From IMG/VR virus record IMGVR_UViG_3300042360_000330: a stretch of 64,000 nt of DNA; one strand, given 5' to 3'. The notes beneath the pieces were generated by a model. That model did no database searches. It was not told the DNA's origin and saw only the letters and a program-made list of their open reading frames with translations. Made by a program: the position numbers and the translations under genes. Below, piece after piece: positions 18,529-26,435 of this stretch (position 1 is the first letter of the stretch; every line of letters starts with the position of its first letter). The stretch comes from a virus. Lineage: Duplodnaviria; Heunggongvirae; Uroviricota; Caudoviricetes.

Positions 18529-19893
18529 ATGTTAAACATAAGCTTTACATTCACAGGATACTTAAATGGACGCCCATATTGGACATCAACTCAATATGGT
18601 ATGCAAATGATATGGACTGGACCTTATTGGGAAATTATAAATTGGCCATATGATGGGACACCTGTAAATTATACTGATACTGATATTCCATTAACAGGAT
18701 GGCAACTTATAGATAATACAACTATGACTGCTAATTTTACTGTTAATTTAGGTGAATGTTGTTTTAACTATTCATTTGTTAATAATGTAGGACGATCATT
18801 TTTAGATATAAGTTATGTAGATTGTAATGGAAATCCTCAAGAAATAATAGCAGGATTCGGATTTTCAGGATCATTTTGTGCTAAATCTATATCTTATGTA
18901 TCCAACCCAGGATCATTGAATTTAACTGGAAATTCATGCCCATCTAATACAAATTGTTATAACTGGGAATTAATAGGACCTGTAACAGTATATTACACAG
19001 ATTGTAACGGAGTATCAGGAAATATGGCTACTGTACCTAACGGAGAGTTTGGTCCTAGTATTTGTGCTCTTAGTATAGATATATGGGATAATGCAGGTAA
19101 TTTCTATATTCAAGGATATTGCGATGACCCATCAGTATCAACAACACCAAGTGTTACACCATCAATAACACCATCAATAACACCAAGTACAACACCAAGT
19201 AGAACACCATCAACTTCTCCACCACTTCAAATACATTCAGTTTATAGTTGTTGTAATAGTAGAAAAGAAGGAATGTTAATATCAGATGCATTTATAGGTT
19301 TGACTGTAATATCAACAACAGGTGAATGTTTCTTTGTAAATAGTTCTATTGAACCAACAGCAACTGTAACATGGGATGGTAATTTAGGATATGTGAATTG
19401 TAATGAATGTACAGCTATAAATCTATGTCCGCCACCATCACCAACACCTAGTATTAGTGTCAGTAGAACACCAAGTGTAACACCAAGTACAACACCTAGT
19501 ATTAGTATAAGTAAAACACCTAGTGTAACGCCTAGTGTAACACCTTCAATTTCGATTAGTAAAACACCTAGTGTAACACCAAGTGTAACACCAAGTATCA
19601 CTCCAAGTACAACACCACCAGGTATATCATATTCATTTTATGCTAATGATTGGACTCCTTTTGGCCCATGTAACACTCCTGCTTATAATATATTTTCAGG
19701 TAGTGACGGTAAATATTATGCTTCAGATGATGGTGGAAATACCTTTACATTACTGTATTCTATAGCTGAGAACTGGTATCAACTTGTAGGTTACGATCCA
19801 TTCTTTATGGAAGATGTTTATCAACAATATGTAGTAAATTCAACTTCTACAACGATAACAATTGGTGGAACATTATTTTCTACATGTTTTTAA
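18529..19893 (+). CDS. Mucin-like virion protein with Cys-rich modules and TPS repeats
   Basis: YxDCNG modules and two TPS(V/I) tracts. Confidence 0.7.
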   Translation: MLNISFTFTGYLNGRPYWTSTQYGMQMIWTGPYWEIINWPYDGTPVNYTDTDIPLTGWQLIDNTTMTANFTVNLGECCFNYSFVNNVGRSFLDISYVDCNGNPQEIIAGFGFSGSFCAKSISYVSNPGSLNLTGNSCPSNTNCYNWELIGPVTVYYTDCNGVSGNMATVPNGEFGPSICALSIDIWDNAGNFYIQGYCDDPSVSTTPSVTPSITPSITPSTTPSRTPSTSPPLQIHSVYSCCNSRKEGMLISDAFIGLTVISTTGECFFVNSSIEPTATVTWDGNLGYVNCNECTAINLCPPPSPTPSISVSRTPSVTPSTTPSISISKTPSVTPSVTPSISISKTPSVTPSVTPSITPSTTPPGISYSFYANDWTPFGPCNTPAYNIFSGSDGKYYASDDGGNTFTLLYSIAENWYQLVGYDPFFMEDVYQQYVVNSTSTTITIGGTLFSTCF

Positions 19894-19910
19894 AATATTA
19901 AATAAACAAT

Positions 19911-20411
19911 ATGGCTTTATACGGTTCATCTAGAGATATTTCATTTTTTCATGTTATTAACAGAGAGTTAATTCATAACATCATTGAACAAAACATAGGA
20001 TATTATCAAATATCACTAGATGAAACCTCTGTAAATGTATATGGTGAAGCAGCTAATGGTACTAAAATGTACTATCCGCCTGTTTTAATTCAATGTTTAA
20101 TTGACAGAGGTGATTATGAAGGTGATTATGATGCTCAAATCGGACCTGACTTTACTAGAAATTTTTCATTTAGATTTTTAAGAAGAGATTTAGTTGACCA
20201 AAACGTAGTACCTCAAATAGGTGATGTTGTTTTATGGAATAATGATTATTATGAAGTTAATTTAGTAAACGAAAACCAAGACATAGTAGGTAAAGTACCT
20301 CAATACAATTATGGAGGGGCTTACTTAGATGATTTTGGAGCAAGTTTTTCAATAATTTGTAATGCACATTATGTATCACCAGAATCATTAGGATTAACTC
20401 AAACTAGATAA
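19911..20411 (+). CDS. Head completion / neck protein (T4 gp14-like)
   Basis: MALYGSSRD...ELIHNIIEQ; VPQIGDVVLWNNDYYEV; position in the neck module. Confidence 0.65.
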   Translation: MALYGSSRDISFFHVINRELIHNIIEQNIGYYQISLDETSVNVYGEAANGTKMYYPPVLIQCLIDRGDYEGDYDAQIGPDFTRNFSFRFLRRDLVDQNVVPQIGDVVLWNNDYYEVNLVNENQDIVGKVPQYNYGGAYLDDFGASFSIICNAHYVSPESLGLTQTR

Positions 20412-22315
20412 TGGCAAATCAATTACCAATATTACCAAATACACCAGCTCGTGCTTTAAATGAATATATAGAACCGTACATACCAGGTACAAAACCTATA
20501 TTACCTGAAGATTTAATAACTAGAGCTAGTCAAATATCTGTTGATATTGAAAACGATGTTAAACCATTTTCAATTGGATTACAAGATATTGATGATGCTG
20601 TATTCTTTTACTTTAATAATATTATAAAACCAACAATAGTTCAAAATGGTAATCAAATACCTGTACCTGTTTCTTATGCTTCTGCTGAAAGATGGGTATC
20701 TGTTCAAAAAGATGGGTATTTTAGAGATAAGAATGGAAAAGCAATGCATCCATACATTATTGTAAGAAGAACTGGATTTGAAAAAAATAGAACATTAGCA
20801 AATAAATTAGATGGTAATAATGTAAATAACTTTGCTGTTGCTAGAGCTAGGTATAATTCTCAAAATCAATACACCAATTTTGATGTTTTAAATAACGTAA
20901 CACCATCTGAGAAATTCTATTTAACTCCTGTACCAGATTATGTTAATATAACGTACGAATGCGCCATTATTACCAATTTTATTCAAGAAAACAACAAAAT
21001 CGTCGAATCAGTAGAGTTTGCGTCAGATTCGTATTGGGGTGATAAAAATCGTTTTCAATTTAGAACATATATTGATAGATTTGACTCTACAAATGAATAT
21101 GGTGTGAGTGATCAACGTATAGCCAAAACAAGTATGAATTTAACACTTTATGGTTATATTATTCCTGACACTATCAATAGAGATATGGCTACAAATGGTA
21201 AAAAACAATTCTTCTCTAAATCAATTGTTTCCATTACCGCCGAAACTTCAGTTAATGCTGATGGGAGAATAGCAGCTCCTACTGCCCCAAGAGTTAGTCA
21301 ACCTTTACCTAGTGTAATACCAAGTATATCAATTACACCAAGTATATCAATTACGCCTAGTGTAACACCAAGTATAAGTATATCACCTAGTATTACACCA
21401 AGTACATCAATTATACCTAGTATATCTGTAACACCAAGTATTACTCCAAGTATATCAATCACACCTAGTGTAACACCAAGTATAAGTATATCACCTAGTA
21501 TTACACCAAGTACATCAATTGTACCTAGTATATCTGTAACACCTAGTGTTACACCAAGTAATACACCAAGTATATCAATTACACCAAGTGTAACGCCTAG
21601 TATAACACCATCACTAAGTTCAGCACCTACTACTGGGGGTAGTATAGATTTTGGGAATGAATTAGGTAGGTATGCTATTACAAATTTAACAAATAGTAAT
21701 TATTCATTAGGATATAATGATTTTACAATTGAATGGTTCCAAAAACTTACTACTTTCGATGATACCCTTAATAATATAACTCCATTTTCTATATACAATT
21801 CAGACTTAGATTTTTTATATTTTACTCTTCAAGATGACGGTGCTCCTAATATAAGGTGTTACATCAACCCAGTGGTAAATGATACATTCCAACAATATGT
21901 TTTTGATACTAACGTACCTCTTACAACATTATTAGACTGGACTCATATTGCACTTGTTAGAGTAGGAACCTCATTAAAAATATACATTAATGGTACTTTT
22001 GCTAACCCAAGTGATTATACTTTAGGAAATGTAAATTTACAACCATTATTATCAAAATTAATCATTGGAAATACAGGAAGAACTCCGTCAAGTTGGAAAT
22101 TCCCAGGAAAAATAACTAACTTTAATTTTGTTAACGGAACTGCCTTATATAACAGTGATTTTACACCACCAACAGCACCATTATCACCATCAGCTAACAC
22201 TAAATTATTGTTATTAGCTACAGATAATGCTGGATTATTAACAGACTCAAGTGGATTGAATATAGTTGTAAATAATATTAATGGGGTAACATGGAGTTCT
22301 GATACTCCTTTTTAA
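20411..22315 (+). CDS. Tail terminator (gp15-like) extended by a Pro/Ser/Thr linker and a C-terminal LamG/ConA-like domain
   Basis: IPVPVSYASAERW and TPVPDYVNITYEC in the N-part; S/T/P tract; DFTIEWF...WTHIALVR...LKIYINGT...FPGKITNF (LamG). Confidence 0.7.
   Translation: MANQLPILPNTPARALNEYIEPYIPGTKPILPEDLITRASQISVDIENDVKPFSIGLQDIDDAVFFYFNNIIKPTIVQNGNQIPVPVSYASAERWVSVQKDGYFRDKNGKAMHPYIIVRRTGFEKNRTLANKLDGNNVNNFAVARARYNSQNQYTNFDVLNNVTPSEKFYLTPVPDYVNITYECAIITNFIQENNKIVESVEFASDSYWGDKNRFQFRTYIDRFDSTNEYGVSDQRIAKTSMNLTLYGYIIPDTINRDMATNGKKQFFSKSIVSITAETSVNADGRIAAPTAPRVSQPLPSVIPSISITPSISITPSVTPSISISPSITPSTSIIPSISVTPSITPSISITPSVTPSISISPSITPSTSIVPSISVTPSVTPSNTPSISITPSVTPSITPSLSSAPTTGGSIDFGNELGRYAITNLTNSNYSLGYNDFTIEWFQKLTTFDDTLNNITPFSIYNSDLDFLYFTLQDDGAPNIRCYINPVVNDTFQQYVFDTNVPLTTLLDWTHIALVRVGTSLKIYINGTFANPSDYTLGNVNLQPLLSKLIIGNTGRTPSSWKFPGKITNFNFVNGTALYNSDFTPPTAPLSPSANTKLLLLATDNAGLLTDSSGLNIVVNNINGVTWSSDTPF
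21339..21554 (+). repeat. 108-bp (36-aa) tandem duplication inside the P/S/T linker
   Basis: cctagtgtaacacc recurs at 21356 and 21464; SITPSVTPSISISPSITPSTSI(I/V)PSISVTPS occurs twice. Confidence 0.8.
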
Positions 22316-22320
22316 AAAAA

Positions 22321-22352
22321 TTTGGATATTTAAAATATTTTTCGTATAATAT
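22321..22352 (+). promoter_or_regulatory. Bacteroidota sigma70-like promoter
   Basis: TTTG-N20-TATAATAT. Confidence 0.5.
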
Positions 22353-22367
22353 AAAAAACGTTACGTT

Positions 22368-22610
22368 ATGTTAAGAAAATTTAAAGAAATAGCAAGCGCT
22401 TGGATAACAGCAGCCAACCCGACACCAGAAGAAAAAGAATTAGCTGAAAAAAGACTAAATGTGTGTAACGGGTGTGAATACAGACAAGAAAATGAAAATA
22501 TAATTGAATTTTATTATTGTGGTATATGTTTATGTCCACTAAATAAAAAAATATTTTCATTAAAAAACCCAGAAGTAAACCCATGTCCCGCAAATAAATG
22601 GGATGAATAA
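22368..22610 (+). CDS. Small Cys-rich, putative Zn-binding protein
   Basis: RLNVCNGC...CGICLCPL...CPANKW. Confidence 0.65.
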   Translation: MLRKFKEIASAWITAANPTPEEKELAEKRLNVCNGCEYRQENENIIEFYYCGICLCPLNKKIFSLKNPEVNPCPANKWDE

Positions 22611-22626
22611 ATAAAAAGTTATAATT

Positions 22627-22896
22627 ATGATAAAACAAACGGAAAAACAAACAGAAAACCAAACACATTTAACCCCAGAAGAGTTACAAGAATTTAGAGA
22701 TATTCATCAAGAATATCAAACAGCTTTATTTAATGTTGGATTAATTGCATTAGATTTAGAGAATTTAACTAAAGAGAAAAATCGTTTAGCTGAACATGCT
22801 TTTAAAGTAAATGAGCAGAGATTAGAAATAGTTAAAAATTTAGGTGATAAATACGGTGACAAACAAGTTAATTTAGAAACAGGCGAACTTGGATAA
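22627..22896 (+). CDS. Hypothetical coiled-coil protein
   Basis: Helical ORF ending KYGDKQVNLETGEL. Confidence 0.6.
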   Translation: MIKQTEKQTENQTHLTPEELQEFRDIHQEYQTALFNVGLIALDLENLTKEKNRLAEHAFKVNEQRLEIVKNLGDKYGDKQVNLETGELG

Positions 22897-22924
22897 GATA
22901 AATGTTGTTTTACAGTTCTTTTAG

Positions 22925-22933
22925 AATATTTAT
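22925..22933 (+). promoter_or_regulatory. Putative late promoter motif before the sheath gene
   Basis: AATATTTAT in the intergenic gap. Confidence 0.5.
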
Positions 22934-22977
22934 TATTAGAACAAAACTCTATTAGAAATTAAAAACAATAACATAAA

Positions 22978-24762
22978 ATGGCAGAAGCAATTATTTCTCC
23001 TGGTGTTTACACCAATGAAAATGACCAGAGTGCAGTAACTCAAGGCCCAATCGAAGCTGGAGCAGCTATTGTAGGTCCTACAGTTAATGGTATTCCATAT
23101 ATTCCAACATTAGTTACTACATATAGTGATTATGTTGCAAAATTTGGAAGTACTTTTGAAAGTGGTGCTAACGGTAATTTTGAATATTTTACCTCATTAG
23201 CAGCTAAAAATTATTTTGACAATGGTGGAAACACATTGTTAGTAACAAGAATTACACATGCTGGGACAGGTTCATCAGCATTGCAATCATTTGCATCTGC
23301 AAGTATTCCGATAAGTGGTTCTACAGCATCAGAATTCCCAGCATCATCAAGTTTTGAATTAGAAACTTTAGCATGGGGTAACCAAATGAACAACTCAGGA
23401 AGTGTATTATCTTCAGGAGCTCTAGTAACAGGAAGTGCTACTAACGTTCGTTGGGAAATTAATCAAGTAGATTACTCAAGAGGTACATTTACTTTATTAG
23501 TTAGAAGTGGTAATGATAATGCTGCTCAACCAAATGTTCTTGAAACATGGAACAACCTATCAATGGATGTTAATCAACCTAACTATATTGCTAGAGTAAT
23601 TGGTAATACTAAACCAGTATATACTTACTCAGCAGCTGATGGTCAAGGATATATTGATGTTCAAGGTGATTTCCCGAATGCTTCAAGATATATAAGAGTA
23701 GCAGATGTTGCTCAAGCACAATATAATACATTTGACAATAATGGAAATTATATATCTGCTTCATTTAGTGGTAGTTTACCAAACTTAGGAAGTGGTTCAT
23801 TAGCAGGAGCATTTAATGGTGGTATTGCAGATACTAACTTAGGTAAATTTATGTTTGAAAACATAACAACAGCTGCTACAAATGCTCAAGGATTTACAGC
23901 TGCAGATTATGCTGTTGCTTTAAATTTATTAAACAACACAGACGAATATCAATTTAATTTATTAATGACTCCTGGTTTATTCCTTAATGCTGGTACTGCA
24001 CCTGCAATAGGTTCAAACGGAGCTGATCCAATCGCATTATGTGAAGGAAGAGCAGATGCTTTAGCAGTAGTTGACCCAGTACCTTATGGTGGTTCAATAA
24101 CAAGCGCTAAAACAGCAGCAAATGCTTCAAATTCAAGCTACGCAGCAACATACTGGCCATGGTGTCAAGTATTTAGCTCAGCAATGGGTAAATTAGTATG
24201 GGTTCCTTCTTCAGTATTAATGGGAGGTGTATTTGCTTTCAATGATGAAGTAGCTGCTCCATGGTTTGCACCAGCAGGTATTACTAGAGGTGGTATCCCA
24301 AATGTAACAAGAGTTGAAAGAAGATTGTCATTAAACGACAGAAACAACTTATATTTAGATAATGTAAACCCATTAGCTACATTCCCTGGAAACGGTGTTG
24401 TAGTATTTGGTCAGAAAACATTACAACAAAAAGCAACAGCTTTAGATAGAGTAAATGTTAGAAGATTGTTAATTGCATTAAAAGGATTTATTGGTGGTGT
24501 AGCTCGTGGATTAGTATTTGAACAAAACACTGCTACTACAAGAAATGCATTTTTAAATCAAATTAATCCATACTTAGACAGTGTAGTACAAAGACAAGGT
24601 TTATTTGCTTATAAAGTAGTAATGGATGAGTCAAATAATACACCAAGTGTAGTAGATAGAAATCAATTAATTGGTCAAATTTATATCCAACCAACTAAAA
24701 CTGCTGAATTCGTAATATTAGATTTCACAATTTTACCAACTGGTGTTGAGTTCCCATCTTAA
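22978..24762 (+). CDS. Contractile tail sheath protein (gp18-like)
   Basis: SPGVYTNEND; PWFAPAGITRG; VFGQKTL...LDRVNVRRLL; IQPTKTAEFVILDF. Confidence 0.95.
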   Translation: MAEAIISPGVYTNENDQSAVTQGPIEAGAAIVGPTVNGIPYIPTLVTTYSDYVAKFGSTFESGANGNFEYFTSLAAKNYFDNGGNTLLVTRITHAGTGSSALQSFASASIPISGSTASEFPASSSFELETLAWGNQMNNSGSVLSSGALVTGSATNVRWEINQVDYSRGTFTLLVRSGNDNAAQPNVLETWNNLSMDVNQPNYIARVIGNTKPVYTYSAADGQGYIDVQGDFPNASRYIRVADVAQAQYNTFDNNGNYISASFSGSLPNLGSGSLAGAFNGGIADTNLGKFMFENITTAATNAQGFTAADYAVALNLLNNTDEYQFNLLMTPGLFLNAGTAPAIGSNGADPIALCEGRADALAVVDPVPYGGSITSAKTAANASNSSYAATYWPWCQVFSSAMGKLVWVPSSVLMGGVFAFNDEVAAPWFAPAGITRGGIPNVTRVERRLSLNDRNNLYLDNVNPLATFPGNGVVVFGQKTLQQKATALDRVNVRRLLIALKGFIGGVARGLVFEQNTATTRNAFLNQINPYLDSVVQRQGLFAYKVVMDESNNTPSVVDRNQLIGQIYIQPTKTAEFVILDFTILPTGVEFPS

Positions 24763-24764
24763 TT

Positions 24765-24774
24765 AATATTTATA
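24765..24774 (+). promoter_or_regulatory. Putative late promoter motif before the tube gene
   Basis: AATATTTATA in the intergenic gap. Confidence 0.5.
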
Positions 24775-24802
24775 ATTAACAAACAATAAATACACAGAGA
24801 AC

Positions 24803-25294
24803 ATGCCGATATTAAACGCAAACCAGATGATGTTTACTCAATATGAACCTAAAGTTCCAAACAGGTTTATAATGTATGTAAACGGTATCCCATCATATAT
24901 AATCAAAGGAGTAAGTGCCGTAAATTTTGATGATGGTGAAATTATTCTAGATCACATCAACACTTATAGAAAAATCCGTAGTGGAAAAAGATTATGGGGA
25001 GACATGACATTTACATTATTTGACCCAATTGCTCCATCAGGTGCACAGGTAGTAATGGAATGGGCTCGTTTAGCATATGAATCTATCACAGGTAGAGCAG
25101 GTTACTCGGATTTCTATAAAAAAGATATAACATTCAACGTATTAGGTCCTGTAGGGGATGTAGTATCAGAGTGGGTAATTAAAGGAGCTTTTATTAAAAC
25201 AGGAAACTTTGATGATTACGATTGGTCAACATATACCGAAGCCGTAAATCTTACTCTAACAATTGGAATGGATTATTGTATCTTGAATTACTAA
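24803..25294 (+). CDS. Tail tube protein (gp19-like)
   Basis: YEPKVPNRF; WGDMTFTLFDPI; YKKDITFNVLGPVGDVVSEW. Confidence 0.9.
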   Translation: MPILNANQMMFTQYEPKVPNRFIMYVNGIPSYIIKGVSAVNFDDGEIILDHINTYRKIRSGKRLWGDMTFTLFDPIAPSGAQVVMEWARLAYESITGRAGYSDFYKKDITFNVLGPVGDVVSEWVIKGAFIKTGNFDDYDWSTYTEAVNLTLTIGMDYCILNY

Positions 25295-25317
25295 TACAAG
25301 AATTATATTAAATATAA

Positions 25318-25346
25318 AGAACCCGATAGAAATATCGGGTTTTTTT
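25318..25346 (+). terminator. Rho-independent terminator after the tube gene
   Basis: AACCCGATA-GAAA-TATCGGGTT followed by a T tract. Confidence 0.85.
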
Positions 25347-25399
25347 ATGAGAAACATTCTTTCGTTATATTTATATATATAAAAATAAAATTTAAGTTT

Positions 25400-26161
25400 A
25401 TGACAGATTTCAAATTTCCAACCGAAATTATTACTTTACCCTCTAAAGGTCTTGTTTATCCTGAAACATCACTATTAGCTAAAGGTGAAATTGAAATGCG
25501 CTATATGAGCGCTAAAGATGAAGATATTTTAACCAATATTAACTTTATTAAACAAGGAACAGCAATTGATAAATTGTTAAAATCACTTGTAGTATCACCT
25601 GTTGATATTGATGATTTAGTAACAGGAGATAAAAATGCAATCTTATTTGCTGCTCGTGTATTAGGATACGGACACGACTACACATTCCAGTTTAGAAACC
25701 AAGCTACTGGAAAAGATGAAGATTACACTGTTGATTTAACTAAACTAGAAGAAAAACCAATAGACGAGGCATTATTTACTCAAGGTAAAAATGAATTTGA
25801 TTTTACACTTCCTAAATCAGGAAATAAAGTAACATTTAAATTATTAACAGGTAAAGATGAAAAATCTATTGATGCTGAAATTAAAGGTTTACAAAAAATA
25901 GATGCTAATGCTTCATATGAAAACATAACACGTTTAAAACATATGATTACATCTGTTAATGGAAAAACAGACAAGGTACCAATATATGATTTTATAGACA
26001 ATTATTTACTAGCACCAGATTCAAGAGCATTTAAAAAATATTACAACGATATTTCACCTGACATAGATACCACAGTCACTATTGATAAGGATGGATACGT
26101 ACAGGAGGGCGTAGTTATCCCTATAGGGATTAGCTTTTTTTGGCCTGACTTCCAAGTATAG
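25400..26161 (+). CDS. Tail/baseplate assembly chaperone (gp26-like; G component)
   Basis: LPSKGLVYP...IEMRYMSAKDEDILT...GDKNAILFAAR; ends ISFFWP at a T7 run; lies between tube and tape measure. Confidence 0.75.
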   Translation: MTDFKFPTEIITLPSKGLVYPETSLLAKGEIEMRYMSAKDEDILTNINFIKQGTAIDKLLKSLVVSPVDIDDLVTGDKNAILFAARVLGYGHDYTFQFRNQATGKDEDYTVDLTKLEEKPIDEALFTQGKNEFDFTLPKSGNKVTFKLLTGKDEKSIDAEIKGLQKIDANASYENITRLKHMITSVNGKTDKVPIYDFIDNYLLAPDSRAFKKYYNDISPDIDTTVTIDKDGYVQEGVVIPIGISFFWPDFQV

Positions 26162-26402
26162 AGAATACTTATTCACTAAAATCCATGAAATATGCTTTTA
26201 TGGACAGGGTGGTTATGATTGGGATACTATATACAATTTACCAATAATGTATCGTGAATTTATTTATCATAAAATTCGTGAACATTACGATAAACAAAAA
26301 ACGGATTCCGAAAAACAACAAAAAATGATGCAATCTAAAACAGCAACAACTGTTAAACCATCAACTAAACCAACATATACAGCAAAAGCCCCACGAAAGT
26401 AG
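26136..26402 (+). CDS. Frameshift extension (T component) of the tail assembly chaperone; absent from the ORF track
   Basis: The +1 frame is open from 26127 to 26402 with no ATG in its first ~40 codons: FFGLTSKYREYLFTKIHEICFYGQGGYDWDTIYNLPIMYREFIYHKIREHY...PRK*. Confidence 0.7.
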   Translation, partial: FFGLTSKYREYLFTKIHEICFYGQGGYDWDTIYNLPIMYREFIYHKIREHYDKQKTDSEKQQKMMQSKTATTVKPSTKPTYTAKAPRK

Positions 26403-26409
26403 GGCTTTT
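26384..26409 (+). terminator. Hairpin overlapping the stop of the frameshift ORF (terminator-like)
   Basis: AAAAGCCC.AC-GAAA-GT.GGGCTTTT. Confidence 0.55.
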
Positions 26410-26435
26410 CATATTTATCCATATAATACACTTTT

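Noticed and set aside
13560-21620. TPS-coding repeats and fibre hinges as a CRISPR array
   Set aside because: The repeats are degenerate, in-frame protein-coding and lack regular unique spacers; there are no cas genes.
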